Shown piece after piece: positions 1-13,307 of a stretch of DNA of 64,000 nt. The notes below the pieces were generated by a model, which saw only the letters and a program-made list of their open reading frames with translations, had not been told where the DNA came from and ran no database searches. Both the position numbers and the translations under genes were made by a program. Position 1 is the stretch's first letter. The number at the start of each line of letters is the position of its first letter. This stretch comes from Owenia fusiformis (Eukaryota), in NCBI GenBank assembly GCA_903813345.2, contig CAIIXF020000001.1:6820001-6884000 (forward strand), read 5' to 3'.

Positions 1-1594
1 TGATCCCGTCTAATGGTTATCTTGAAAATGGGTAAACAAGACTTAATTTGAGGATGGAAAATCCAAAATGGCGACCTTAAAATTTACCCAGAATGCCATG
101 AAAATTTGAAATTGATCCATCACACAGTTAACCAGAAAACATGTAAACAAGACTTTACAGACAAGATTTTAGGATGGAAAATCCAAAATGGCTGCCTTGA
201 CATTTACCCAAAATGTAAAAAAACTAATCAGTTTGTAAATTTTCATACTAAAATTCATCCCTGAAAATATGAAATTGATCTTCCGAATGGTTCACCTGAA
301 AACGCATAGACAAGACTTTACAAACAAGATTTTAGGACAGAAGATCCAAAATTGCTGCCTTGACATTTACGAAGAATGCCAAAAAACTAAACAGATGTAG
401 ATTTTCATACTAAGAATCATCCCTGAAAATTTGAAATTGATCTACCAAACGGTTCACCTTAAAACGCGTAGACAAGACTTTACAGGCAAGATTTTTAGAC
501 GGAAAATCCAAAATGGCTGCATTGACATTTATCTATACTGCCAAAAAACTAATCAGATCTCGATTTTCATACTAAGAATCATCCCTGAAAATTTGAAATT
601 GATCTACAGAATGGTTCACCTTGAAATGCATAGACAAGACTTTACAGACAAGATTTTAGGACGGAAAATCCAAAATGGCTGCCTTGACATTTACCCAGAA
701 TGCCAAAAAACTGATCAATTCTAGATTTTCATACTAAGAATCACCCCTGAAAATTTGAAATTGATCTAAAAAACGGTTCACCTGAAAACGTGTAGACAAG
801 ACTTTACAGACAAGATTTTAGGACAGAAAATCCAAAATGGCTGCCTTGGCATTTACCCAGAATGCCAAAAAACTAATCAGATCTAGATTTTTATACTAAG
901 AATCATCCCTGAAAATTTGAAATTGATCCACCAAACGGTTCACCTGAAAACGCGCAGACAAGACTTCACAGACAAGATTTTAGGACGGAAAAATCCAAAA
1001 TGGCCGACAATAAAAAAGTGATTATGAGTTTTTGCTAATTTCCTTTTACAAAATTATCACATATAACTACTGTTAACAATAACATAGGCTTTTACAAGAA
1101 AGTACATCTGAAATTATTTATAAAGCTACTAAATAGTTAAAGTATGAAAACTCAAAAACACCATTCAATATGATACAAAGTATTATCGCGCGCTAACTTT
1201 TCTTAAGACATTCAAAATGGCTGCCATGACTGAGCTAACAGGTTCAAAACCTAATCAGATCTAGAATGAAGTGAGCTGAACAAGATATTAAAGTTTTAAA
1301 AGCAACTGTGAAGCCGTTTTTCTTAAAGTTTGCAGACAAGGATTTTAGCATTTGACTTCAAAATGGCCGACAGGAAGTAGGTTTCGAGTTAATTTTTTTT
1401 CATCCACATCTGTATGCGCTCATAAGTTATCCCTGAAAATTTGAAGGTGATATCTGTAGCGGTTTTGGAGAAAACTCCCGGACGTACGGACGGACAGACG
1501 GACGGACGGACGGACAGACGGACAGACGGACGGACGGACGCGCCTAGGCCGACAATATGGCCCCACACTTTGTGGTGGGGACATAATAAAAAAG
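1..1594 (+). mobile_element. Satellite-carrying Helentron-associated (HINE/pearl-like) non-autonomous element, 5' part outside the window
   Basis: About six ~162-bp tandem units (AATCCAAAATGG near 180, 343, 506, 667, 829, 992), a (GACG/GACA)n microsatellite at ~1481-1540, and a terminal hairpin CCCCACACTTTGTGGTGGGGACAT followed by an A-rich end. Closely similar to 8493-9777. Confidence 0.75.
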
Positions 1595-1689
1595 TACCCC
1601 ATGTGCGCCGAGGATCCCCGTCAAGGTTTATACACAGTCAACCCCCGGGAATTTTCCCCATATTGGGTTGACCTTTTTACATTCACAAA

Positions 1690-2330
1690 GCAAATGTTTT
1701 GAAGTACAAAGGGAGCGAGAACTTTGAATATTACCGTTCCACTTAGAAATCATATATCCACAAGCAAGTAAATTGTTTAAAATCTTATAATTAAATTCTG
1801 CAAAGTGTCTATAGTTAAGGTTTATAGATTTTTGAAGGTAAATATTGTTCCAGATTTTGTTATCTTGAATATTAAATTCTTTGTTCCATTTAAACTCTAT
1901 TTTGTTATGTTTATTTTCAAATTTGAAGTTAATTAATTCATTGTAAAAGAATTTTGCCTTCTTTCATTTTCATTTAAATCAACATATCTGTTTCCTATTA
2001 AGAATGTCTTTCTGTTTTTAAAAGTATTTAGGTATTTGCCTTTTGTTTTGTCGAAATCTTTATACAAAGACATTATTACTTTTTTAATTACACTCAACTC
2101 AGTACTCAGCGATCCAATTTCTCTTATTTTGAAGTGATTAAAGAAAAATATCTGAACTTTTAAAATTGCCATCATTCTCAATAAAATCTTTGACTAAGAT
2201 TAAACTCGATTCAGTCCAATTTTTGAAGTATAAGATATCATTTTTTATTAGATATCTTTTATTTAACCATAATATTTCATTAAAAACATCAGATTGTTTA
2301 TTTTCTTAATATTTGCGAAGGTTTTGTATT
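1690..2330 (-). mobile_element. Degraded L1/Tx1-type LINE ORF2 3' fragment
   Basis: Minus-strand pieces ILYFKNWTESSLILVKDF and KIWNNIYLQK...FAEFNYKILNNLLACG, with stops and frameshifts, resemble the region around the zf-RVT domain. Confidence 0.6.
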
Positions 2331-4343
2331 CATTGAAGCTGCAAAACACATCTTCATAAAATGTGCATTTTTCAACCTCTATTACCATGTCGTAGTGTAA
2401 CAGTTAGTTGATTTTGTGGTAGTTTGGTTGGCTACGTTATTTTGTGGATTACTAGGTGTACATAAAATGCACTTGTGTTTTACAGTATTACAACACAATT
2501 CAATTAATAAAAGTTTTATATACATATATTGTGCTTAACCAGCCTAATTTATTACATAAAATTTCACAAATGTCTATATCTTGACTTGCTCTTGTTATTG
2601 TTATTGTTGTTGTTGTTCTTGTAAAAATTATTTCATCCATTATTTATAATGTTTTGATAAAGTGTATAAAAAACAAGAAAATTCAGTGAAAAAATTCAGA
2701 AAGTTTTCAGAAATTTTTTCAATTGAATTTTCTCGTTTTTTATAATTTTACAAAACAAATCTTCTCACAATTCTTTTCCAGGCACGTAAGTGCATTCTTT
2801 GTGCAAAACTGGAAGATATAGACAATGTGTGGAAGGAGTGATTCTTGTTTGAAAAATAACATGTGACTCAATTGAGGAATGCGGAAAATTCCCCATCATG
2901 CACCCTAACCTTAACAGTAATATTTGATTTCAAATTGAAGGTGAATTAAATTTCAAAATCCAATTCTGCTCGATTATGTTGGCAACTTCCGGTCTATGTT
3001 TCGGTGAATTTTTCAATCAGTTTTTATTTTCCTAAGTTGAACTGAGAAAAATTTATATTTTAAAATTTATACACTAAAGTGCATAATGATGAACTCTCAA
3101 AAATAAAACCCACCGTAAATCATAGTTTTTTCAATTCACAATTTCATGTCATTGTTTCTTACAAGTCTCTTTCTTTCTTTTCATATTTTTTGTCAAGTCA
3201 AAATCAGAGTTCAAAACCTGTTTCTTTACAATCTATGCTTATGTTAGTTTTTAAACAACATGAAAAATGTGAAACCATACGTGCTACATTGATTTGATGT
3301 GAAATAATGATCATTGACCCGATTCCTGTGCTGTTAGGCTATGTTTGGATCTTTAATATAATTTTATTTTACCAGTCTTCTCTTTTTCTCATAATCAAAC
3401 TTGATCCCCGATCTCTGTCGATGTGACATCACTCATTAATTATGCATGCATGCGCAGTACAATGAAGAAGGCAATATGGCGACTTACACAATTCTGAGCC
3501 TGAGTGGATATCTCCAAATTGAAATGAATATGTTTGTTTATGCATCTATCGACGACATATGTAACCAAACCAATCTTTTCAAGTTAACACCGAAATTAAA
3601 GGAGTGGTATCGATATGGAGAATTGAATTCAACAATGTTTTTCTCTTAAACCAATCATTGAAAACATTCTGTAAAAAACACGGTATTTTATGTAATGTTG
3701 ACTGATTGACAACAATTTAATGCGAAAATTATTTAGAAAAATTTTATATAACTGTTTTTGTTAAATATATAAGCACTAATGCCAAAGGGAAAGGACCAAA
3801 AGTTGTAATGGAACTTAGCAAGAAAAAGCAAACTCTAAGTGCATACCAGTCAAGAAAAACAAACCCGTATAGCCCAAAACCATGATCTAACGTGTAAGGA
3901 CACAATGTCTAATACCCCTTTCCCCCCACCATTCAAGAATCAATATCACAATCCAAGACCAGAAGACCAAGGGACATTTCATTTGATACTGAAGTCATTA
4001 CAATATATGTTGAAGAAAAAATTAGAAATTGATAGCCAATTGATAGCCAATACTCATAACCTCAAAAATTGTTGTAGATATAAGTACTCATACAAGATAG
4101 AGCATTCAGTCTCAAATGATGTGGGATAGATAAAATCCAGTCTCCAAGTCCATAGGCATTTCAAAGGGTCAACATCTATTCACAAAAGCCGTTGCCATAA
4201 TCCATAAAACACAATAATTCACAATGGTCATCAGGAGAAAACTATGGCTGGTTTCGATCCCTATTTCTCAACCATTAATGCCATAGCCGGGATCCACCTC
4301 AAAAGGTGCCAAGTGAAAATATTGTGAGTTCATTGCCAATGTC

Positions 4344-4880
4344 TTAAACAATTCCCACATCCTTCAGCATCTCAAGTGGTAAAACTTGAAACTTCGAAAT
4401 TAATGATTTGTATTTTTCAGCAAAGCCCAGAAAGAATTTCTTAAGCTTTATAGAATTATAACCTTGACCTAACAGTTTGATCACTAAAGTATTGTGTCTT
4501 GACCTAAAATCTAAATATTTAGAGCATGCCCTGCCATATCTAATAAGCTGGGATACATAGACCCCATACGCTGGATTTAATGGAATATTACTATCTAAAT
4601 GGGGAAAATTCACAATATCAAAGTTGAAATCATCTCGTTTATCATCCAACTTACAATATATACTGTTGTCTTGTTCAATGTTAATGAGAAGGTCAGGATA
4701 AGGCGCATTCATGTTCGATTCATTGGTCTTTTTTAACTCTAACTCGGAAGGGTATATCTCATTTACAAAATTTTCAAATCCAGGGTTGTCCAAACTCAAC
4801 AGGTCATCTATATACCTATCTGTTTTATTAAAAAGTTTAGCTATGTGGAATTTTGTCTTATCTTTCTTCATCTTTTGCAA
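4344..4880 (-). mobile_element. Penelope-like element reverse transcriptase 3' fragment
   Basis: RYIDDLL catalytic motif followed by DKRDDFNFDIVNFPHLDSNIP..PAYGVYVSQLIRY. 5'-truncated. The stop follows the thumb region with no C-terminal GIY-YIG. Confidence 0.85.
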
Positions 4881-5123
4881 AAACTTATATTCATACGAGA
4901 ATTTTTTATTTTATGTCTAACAACAAAACAATCAATTAGAAACAAGAAAATATGAATATATTTAATTCTGCATACAAATATATACAATCAACTATTAATT
5001 GGCTTTATTCCCTATGGCTCAAAAGAATGTTCATTGAAAACTGATAGCGAAGTCACCGTTGTGACGCAATTGCGTATATGCATAAGTCATTAAGTGGTAT
5101 TAACTTAGGAGACAATCGGTGCT

Positions 5124-5207
5124 AGAGTTGAGACCATGGGCGGGGTCCTCCAGCCAGCTCTGCGGAACTGTGGCCCTGCGGGACCGTGATTGTCGGGAAA
5201 CAGCCCA
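5124..5207 (+). ncRNA. Possible degenerate HDV-like ribozyme
   Basis: Nested pairings P1 AGAGTT/AGCTCT and P2 TGGGC/GCCCA, an L3-like TCCTCC, a P4 hairpin and GAAAC before P2-3'. Several consensus positions are wrong. Confidence 0.35.
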
Positions 5208-6647
5208 AGTAAACCTAATTCACTTTCAAACAATCAAGACGGTAAACCGTAGAGTGTACCTGTCTTATCAGCTAGATAAGTCGCGTTGCGAACATGATTG
5301 TTTGAAATTGGAGACAATTATGTACAGAGAAAGCGATGTATATTTACATAATTGAATACTATGAACTGGTTTATCTTGGAGCAGCTGCACTATCATTAAA
5401 ATGTAATGAATTGCAGTTGGGGAAGAATGAGTTGAAACGAATAATTGCCAAACCATGTGCGAAGCAGATATTTCACTGGGAAAAGTGAAATGAGTGAAGC
5501 ATATATATAAATAACATTTTTTATTTTTTAGTGCAATTGTTTTTGCTCCTTTCTACCAATTATTGATAATGAAATAAAATGTCTTTCCGAACCTTGGTTG
5601 AACAAAATAGCATATACAACATGTTTTTAGACCTCTCAATATTATAGTTATACAAAGGAATTTTTGGTTGAATTTAAAAAAGTATTCAAAAAATTAAAAC
5701 AAAAAAAAAGATTTTGATAAAAATCAAGGTAAACCTTTTATTTCATTAACAAGATACTTTTTTAAAATCAACCAAAATTTCCTTTGTACAATTACAATAT
5801 TGAGAGACCTAAACATGTTGTGTTTAAGTCGTTTTGTTCCAATGAGGTTCGGAAAGATGTTTATTTCACCCTGCGTGGAAGCATGATATGAAGAACAAAA
5901 CAAGTGTTTGATGAGTTTTCTAAAACAATATAGATGAAAGTATACATATATTTTTCAAATAATATTGTTACCATTCAAAAGATGACCATTAAATTGACGA
6001 TGTGTTAAATTTTTAGATTTTTTTTATGACTGGTTTAAGAGAAACATGTGTTCAAACATATGTCAAAAGGTTCTCCATATCGATACCACTCCTTTGTCTA
6101 GAGTTTTGAACATGTGCTGCAAATGTTGACGGACGGACCAACGGACATCATTTGTTGTTGCTGCATTAGTTTCTTCATTCATCGTCTTCTTTCTTTGTCT
6201 TGATTGTGATGTTAGTTATCTTTCTTCAGGGTCCACAGACTTGAGACTGCGCGTAGGTGGGTTTAACGTTTTGATCAGATGGATGCCTGGTCGATCCCAT
6301 AGGCTCACTGTGTGAGCCAAAAATGCAGTTTTCATTTATTACCACACTGTTTAATAAAGTTGTTACTTTGAAGTATCTTAATGAAGTAACCTTTACACAA
6401 CTTTCAAAAACTTACTTTTTTGTATCAAATGTACAGCTTTCAGTTTTATATTTCTTGCAATTCTAAAGGGTACTTCAAAGTTGAAGCAGTAGAGATAATT
6501 TTTGAAAAACAACAATTCAATGATTCAAAATGTGTTCACGTTTGATAGATTTCACTGTAGTACTATGCACAAATATATATGTAGGTCAAGGATCCCTAGA
6601 CAGTATACTTTCAACGGTTAAAGCATTTGGATTGAGTTTTCAAAATC

Positions 6648-8246
6648 ATGGGACATTTAAAAGTGTTCATGCTTTGTAGCATGATGATGGTTGTTTTTCC
6701 GATGACTTGTCATGGAAGTAAAATATTAATGTTTCCTATTGATACAGGTTACAATAGCAGGATTATGAGCATGTTTAAACTCGGCAGAATGCTCATTAAA
6801 GCCAACCACCAGATCACATTTGTTGTTTCCGACAGAATGAAAGAGGATGCTTTGTTCAAATTGGCAGAGAGAGGAAGTTTGAATTCAAACCTTAATGTAA
6901 TCAGCTATAGAACTCCACCGGTGGATCCAGCAGTAATGCACATGAGTACTGAAAACCAGGACTTTGTTGATGTAATGATCGTTAAGGACTTTCCCCAAGC
7001 TTTGAATCATTTTGGTAAAGTATTTATTATTGCACTGAATAGCACACTTTGGGATAAAACTGTCATTGACCAATTGAATGCACAAGAGTTTGACCTTATT
7101 ATTGCGGATGAATTTTCACTGTACCCAAGAATCATTGCTGCAGAAAGACACATTCCGATCATTTTATATTCCAATTGGGGCCCCATGTCTACTGATTCTG
7201 ATATCATTCCGAGGTACAGCCTGGCATATGTAAATGCAAATTTCAATAGATTCAGTGATGTTATGACATTTCTACAAAGGCTGGAAAATGTATGGGACTA
7301 TCTAAGAGTCCAATGGGAAATGTCTGGTATCTACACATTAGCAGAAACTGTTTGCCAAGAACATGGTTACGGGAAATCATGTGACAATATCAGGGGGATC
7401 CACAAGACTGTTAACCTTGTGCTCATGAACAGAAATGATGTTACTTATTACCCTGCACCCTATATGCCACATATTATTTCCTCAGAAGGGTTCTTCCTTG
7501 ATAAACCAAAACCTTTAGATAAATATTACACAGATGTTATAAAAAGGTCAGGAAGAGATGGTATAATCGTGGCAAGCTTTGGGTCATTGTTCCGGAGATT
7601 AGGACTGAAATATCGCACCATTTTTGCTGAAGCATTTTCTAAAATGCCGCAAACGGTAATATGGAGCTACGAAGGTGAAACACCAGAAGGTCTTGGAGAT
7701 AACACAATTGTTTCAAAATGGATTCCTCAAACTGATCTACTGGCAAATCCTGCAGTTAAACTGCTCATAACACACTGCGGGGCTTCTTCATTATTTGAGG
7801 CATTAAACAGTGGTCTTCCTGTTGTTGGGATTCCCTTTATTGTGGACCAGGAGTACAATTGTCTTAAACTTGCGGACAGAGTCAAATCAGCCAAGTTTGT
7901 CAAGTTGAAAACTATTACGAGTGAACAACTACAAAGTGTAATGGAAGAGGCTATAAATGATAAAACATACAGAGCAAATGCAATGAAAGCCACATCAATA
8001 TATCATGACCAACCCATTGATCCAAGAAATAAAACATTGTTTTGGATTGAGTATGTCATTCGCCATAAAGGAGCAGCACACTTGAGATCAGCTGGGGAAA
8101 ATCAGCTGAACTTTTTTCAATATTATCTTCTCGACATAGCTGGATTAGTTGCAGTCATTTTGTTTACTGCTTTGATAAGTTTGACTGTGATCCTGAAAGC
8201 AGTAATTAATTGCTTGCTAAAAATTTTAAAACATAAAAAGGACTAA
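6648..8246 (+). CDS. UGT: UDP-glycosyltransferase (UGT, GT1 family), single coding exon, 532 aa
   Basis: Signal peptide; FDLIIADEF; signature WIPQTDLLANPAVKLLITHCGASSLFEALNSGLPVVGIPFIVDQ; FWIEYVIRHKGAAHLRS; C-terminal TM helix and KHKKD dilysine tail. Confidence 0.97.
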   Translation: MGHLKVFMLCSMMMVVFPMTCHGSKILMFPIDTGYNSRIMSMFKLGRMLIKANHQITFVVSDRMKEDALFKLAERGSLNSNLNVISYRTPPVDPAVMHMSTENQDFVDVMIVKDFPQALNHFGKVFIIALNSTLWDKTVIDQLNAQEFDLIIADEFSLYPRIIAAERHIPIILYSNWGPMSTDSDIIPRYSLAYVNANFNRFSDVMTFLQRLENVWDYLRVQWEMSGIYTLAETVCQEHGYGKSCDNIRGIHKTVNLVLMNRNDVTYYPAPYMPHIISSEGFFLDKPKPLDKYYTDVIKRSGRDGIIVASFGSLFRRLGLKYRTIFAEAFSKMPQTVIWSYEGETPEGLGDNTIVSKWIPQTDLLANPAVKLLITHCGASSLFEALNSGLPVVGIPFIVDQEYNCLKLADRVKSAKFVKLKTITSEQLQSVMEEAINDKTYRANAMKATSIYHDQPIDPRNKTLFWIEYVIRHKGAAHLRSAGENQLNFFQYYLLDIAGLVAVILFTALISLTVILKAVINCLLKILKHKKD

Positions 8247-8492
8247 TTCACATTTTAAAGACAATATGTAATACTTCACATCATGATGTCATTATTACTT
8301 TTAGAGGTACTGTACTCCAACTGATATCCGATGGCATTATATTTCCTGTTTCAAAGCTATTATATTTAACTAATTTTCAGTTTTTAATTTACAACTATTG
8401 GAATTTTGTGGCTATTATATTTTGCTTATCCAAACCTTGAAAACAGTGCAATATATAGTTGTACGCAAAAATTACTATAAGTACAAAATATT

Positions 8493-9777
8493 CAAGAACA
8501 CAAATGTGTACAAAATGTCCCCACCAAGTGGTGATCCCGTCAAATGGTTATCCTGAAAATGAGTAGACAAGACTTTACCAACACAATTTGAGGACGGAAA
8601 ATCCAAAGTGGCCACCTTAAAATTTACCCAGAATGCCAAAAATTTAGTCAGTTCTAGATTTTCATACTAAGAACCACCCCTGAAAATTTGAAATTGATCC
8701 GTCACACAGTTAACCAGAAAACCACCTTAAAATTTACCCAGAATGCCAAAAATTTAGTCAGTTCTAGATTTTCATACTAGGAACCACCCTGAAAATTTGA
8801 AATTGATCCGTCACACAGTTAACCAGAAAACATGTAAACAAGACTTTACGATTTCAGGATGGAAAATCCAAAATGGCTGCCTTGACATTTACCCAGAATG
8901 TCAAAGAACTAATCTGTTTGTAGATTTTCATACTAAGAATCATCCCTGAAAATATGAAATTGATCTACCAAACGGTACGGGAAGACAAGACTTTACAGAC
9001 AAGATTTTAGGACGGAAAATCCAAAATGGCTGCCTTGACATTTACCCAGAATGCCAAAAAACTAATGAGATCTAGATTTTAATACTAAGAATCGTCCCTG
9101 AAAATTTGAAATTGATCCACCAAACGGTTCACCTGAAAACGCGCAGACAAGACTTCACAGACAAGATTTTAGGACCGAAAAATCCAAAATGGCCGACAAT
9201 AAAAAAGTCCTTATGAGTTTTTGCTGATTTCTTTTTACAAAATTATCACATATAACTACTGTTAACAATAAAGTAGGCTTTAACAACAAAGTACATCTGA
9301 AATTATTTATAAAGCTACTAAATAGTTAAAGTATGAAAACTCAAAAACACCATTCAATATGATATAAAGTATTATCGCGCCCTAACTTTTCTTAAGACAT
9401 TCAAAATGGCTGACATGACTGAGCTAGCAGGTCCAAAACCTAATCAGATCTAGAATGAAGTGAGCTGAACAAGATGTTAAAGTTTTAAAAGTAACTGTGA
9501 AGCAGTTTTTCTTAAAGTTTGCAGACAAGGATTTTAGCATTTGACTTCAAAATGGCCGACAGGAAGTAGGTTTCGAGTTAAATTTTTTTCATCCACATCT
9601 ATAGGCACTCTTAAGTTATCCCTGAAAATTTGAAGGTGATATCTGTAGCAGTTTTGGAGAAATCTTCCGGACGTACGGACGGACAGACGGACCGACAGAC
9701 GGACGGACGGACGGACAGAAAGTCGGACGCGCCTAGGCCGACAATATGGCCCCACACTATGTGGGGACATAATAATA
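8493..9777 (+). mobile_element. Satellite-carrying HINE/pearl-like element (same family as 1-1594)
   Basis: Subterminal inverted repeat ATGTCCCCAC...GTGGGGACAT, ~160-bp internal tandem units and a GACG microsatellite. Absent from the paralogous flank of the second UGT (~17480). Confidence 0.8.
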
Positions 9778-12461
9778 AAATGATAAAATAACCATCACTT
9801 ATCAAAATGGTTGCCCTATTTTTCAAAATATGATCTTAGACTAATCAGCATAATTATAAGATAATTAATAAAACCATTTAGTCAATACTAAAATGGTCTA
9901 GAAATGATATATTGGACATTTACAAAAGTACAGAAATTGATAACTTGAGGTCCATCCTTGTACCGTCCATAGTAATGAATGTTCTCAATTCACATATTTA
10001 CAGGGTGTCCCAAAAAATTGTACAAAGACAAACATGGTGATAGGCTAGAGGGAACTTGGACAAAAGGCCCTTAAATCAAAAGTTTATTGTACACTCTCCA
10101 CAACGCCATGTGTTTGATACCAAATGAAAGCTAAGGACCCATGCTTTCATGATTCACTTGTCCTAATATCAAATTGTGGTATAGATTTTGTCTAAAACGC
10201 CTGTTTCCATAGTAACCACAAAAATATGATTTTAATAAGCAGAAAATGTGTTTTACACATAACTCTAAAAGTATAACTTCGATTTTCACGAAATTGGTAT
10301 CATATTGAAGCAAATAAAAAGCTTTATTTCTATAAATTATATTTATGCAAATTAGATCATTTGCATATTGATTGTGACATCATAACTGTATAATTTTGTG
10401 TATTTTTAGATAAATGAGTATATTCAGTTTCCGTACAGTAATATACAGTCAGGACATATGAATTAATTTGGTATCGTTGGAATGCTTATCGTGCCTACTT
10501 TTGAGATCCACTTGTTATCAATTACGAAACATAGGCAGAGTATGTCTAAAATATCCGTTTCCATCATAGTAACTGAAAAATATTGTCGTAAAATATGCAC
10601 AATTGAATAAACACACGGAGCTCATGTGTCACAGAAGATGTTTTTACCCATAACTCTACATACTGTATATCACTTCAATTTTGACAAAATTGCTATCGTA
10701 TTGAAGATAATGATGAAAGACTATATTTGAAATTTTTGCTTTAGCACATTTTGTTTTAGCACCATTACTCTTCTTCCATTTTCTACAATAGCAAATATAC
10801 AATTACTCCGTGAGTGGTGAAGGGGAGTTCTTGAGATCTAGTCATGAGATAGACAACTTAGACAACAAGTTTTACATGGTAATTTTATTTAGTGTCAGAG
10901 AAAAATTTGTTTCAGCACCATCAGCCATTTTCCATGTTTGGATTTGCATTCAGCTCTGCATCAATCATAATGGAAGTCATTTAGAAATTGTTATCTACAA
11001 TGTCAAATTTCTATGAATTTTAACTGCTAATTAGAAAAGGATATTTCCACACTTAGCAGGAGTAACCACTTGGACATGCGACATCAACCTTGGGGAAGAT
11101 TTCTGTGGCTCCAAGTGTTTTCTTTATTCAATGTGTTATGCTGTGTACTATACATGATATTTCTCAGATCTTAAACAGATTGAACACTGTGTGTGATCAA
11201 CAGAATGTCAATTAACTGAAAAACCTCAAATAGTGAAGACAGGTTTGTTGTCAAAATGACAATTTCTTCCTTGTTAAAGCTTGTACATACCGTAACGTTT
11301 TTGCATAAAATATTTTCACACTTAGGTTTAACTGGAGATTTTTACACCTATTTTTCAATGGATATATTCGTTCATATTCCTGTATGAGAGTACACAAATG
11401 ATCAGAAATGATTGATCTCCTATTCCTCTTAACATAACAGATATTTGTATCATTGTTTTGATTCATAGCATTGGGAAAACGATGAATGAAAAGTGAGAAA
11501 ATATTCTAAAAGAAAAGGTCACATGATCAGTTGACTAGTCGCCATATAGGAAAAAATAATTTAATTAGACTTTCAAGACTTTCACTCCAATCTTACCACA
11601 CTACAAACTGTAAATTGCATTATAGAGTTACATTGAAAACGCACAAACAACTGACCAAAGAAGATGCGTCGCTATTATCTAGGTCAATCTATCGTACTCG
11701 TTTCTGAATTTTATTATTCATCATACAAGCTTTTCTTGATTATACTCTGTATACAGATCATTAAAGCAATAACAAAGAACAATACTTCTGATGGTGTCAT
11801 TGTTTTATTTTACGTGCGAGTGTAAAAACAAAATTGTATAATTGGTTTGATTTAGAACTTTCAGGTCACTCAAATAGCTACGCGAAATGTATCATTGGAA
11901 AATATTGACCAATCAATTTTTGCGTTTTTGAGGGCTTCTTAAGAACATATTTTCGTACCATCTAGATTAAAGAGCGAGCCATAAAAGGCTTAATTCTGTA
12001 GTTTTTGAACCACCCTAATATGAGCTCATTTTCATATCACTTAATTTACCCAACAAGATGGGGCTTAAAGCCATATAATGTGCCTAGATCCATCCCACTG
12101 ATCAGAGCCTCCTCCCCCAGATCACCCAATGCCAACTTCAGCAATGACCACATATGGGGAGAACAAACAGAATTGATGTAACACGAGCCTTTTACAACAC
12201 TTGATGAAAATGCATATGGTGGACATATTAAAATTCTGTTTATGTAAATTGAGTTGACAAAAAAATTAGTTTTGTGAGTTTTGGAAAACCTATTTTGAAA
12301 TGAAAATGATGTTATTCGTATTATGGTCGCTGGTTGACAGACATTATGATAAATTTGAATTTATGATATACCAAATTGAAGATAATCAAATTTCCTTTCA
12401 ATAAGTATATTATATGACATGTTTTCATAAATAAAATCAATATTTATATTTGAAATATGAG

Positions 12462-13307
12462 CAGTGTTCTCCCTAATTTTTCAAAAGTGAGTGGTGAAAA
12501 AGTTTGAATAAAAATTGATGGGTGGTGGCAAAATTATTAGGGCGGTGATAAGTTTACAAAAACATGCTTAAAAAATCGGCGCCGCTTCGCTGCGTTACTT
12601 AATCACAATCATTTGCATCAACAGCCAATTGTTATAAATATGCTAAACATTTGTTTTGATGTTATGTAATTACATAACATCAAAACAAATGAAATTTAGC
12701 ACTGTATGATCATCTACTTTAATGACAATAGGCCATGTTGCAATATAAATGCTCAGAGGTTTGTTTTAATTCAATGTTCAATTTAATATTTATTTCCATA
12801 ATATAATATAAAGTTCAATATACAAAATAATTCAGTATGTGGCCACATATTTCAACTATATTTCAATATATAATTCAACTATAATTATTGAGTCTGAAAT
12901 TCCCGGGAAAATGTGCACACTTGTTCATTTTCGTTCAGTGTACTCTTCAAAATCGGAGGCTGTGAGTCCTGACCCAGAAAAAACATGTTTCATTTCTGTG
13001 CAAATCAAACTGTTTTTTATCAAAATAGAAGGTAAATTGAAGATTCTTTAGTGCAAGAAAGGTAAGTACAGACATTTCTTTATCTACATAGAGCATTTTG
13101 TATCGTTTTCAAGCAAAACGGGCTGAGATTTTGATGTGATTAAAACTTTGATTTTTTTCAATTTCTATTTTCACTTTGGGAAATTTTTCTGTCAAAGTCT
13201 AATGCGTGGCGCTGTTAATAAATGTGTGGCGCGCAATAAATCAGCGTGGCGCAGCCACAATGTGCGTGGCGCAAGCGCCACGCATTTTTCAGTCAGGGAG
13301 AACACAG
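12462..13307. mobile_element. hAT-like MITE with apparent 5-bp TSD
   Basis: TIR CAGTGTTCTCCCT / AGGGAGAACACAG, ATGAG on both flanks, and GCGTGGCGC subterminal repeats at ~13200-13285. Confidence 0.65.

Larger units (their letters stand above)
3600..6093. mobile_element. Non-autonomous TIR element (TTAA-flanked, Kolobok-like) with nested insertions
   Basis: TIR AGGAGTGGTATCGATATGGAGAA at 3600 and its reverse complement ending at 6093. TTAA on the left; the right TSD is imperfect. Confidence 0.6.

Noticed and set aside
431-1671. Short ORFs 431-724, 1420-1602 and 1441-1671
   Set aside because: Translations of satellite units and the GACG microsatellite.
4225-4260. Hammerhead ribozyme (CTGATGA and GAAAC on the minus strand)
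   Set aside because: Order and spacing leave no room for stems I and III.
6885-7993. Antisense ORFs within the UGT genes
   Set aside because: Shadows of the coding strand with no recognisable motifs.
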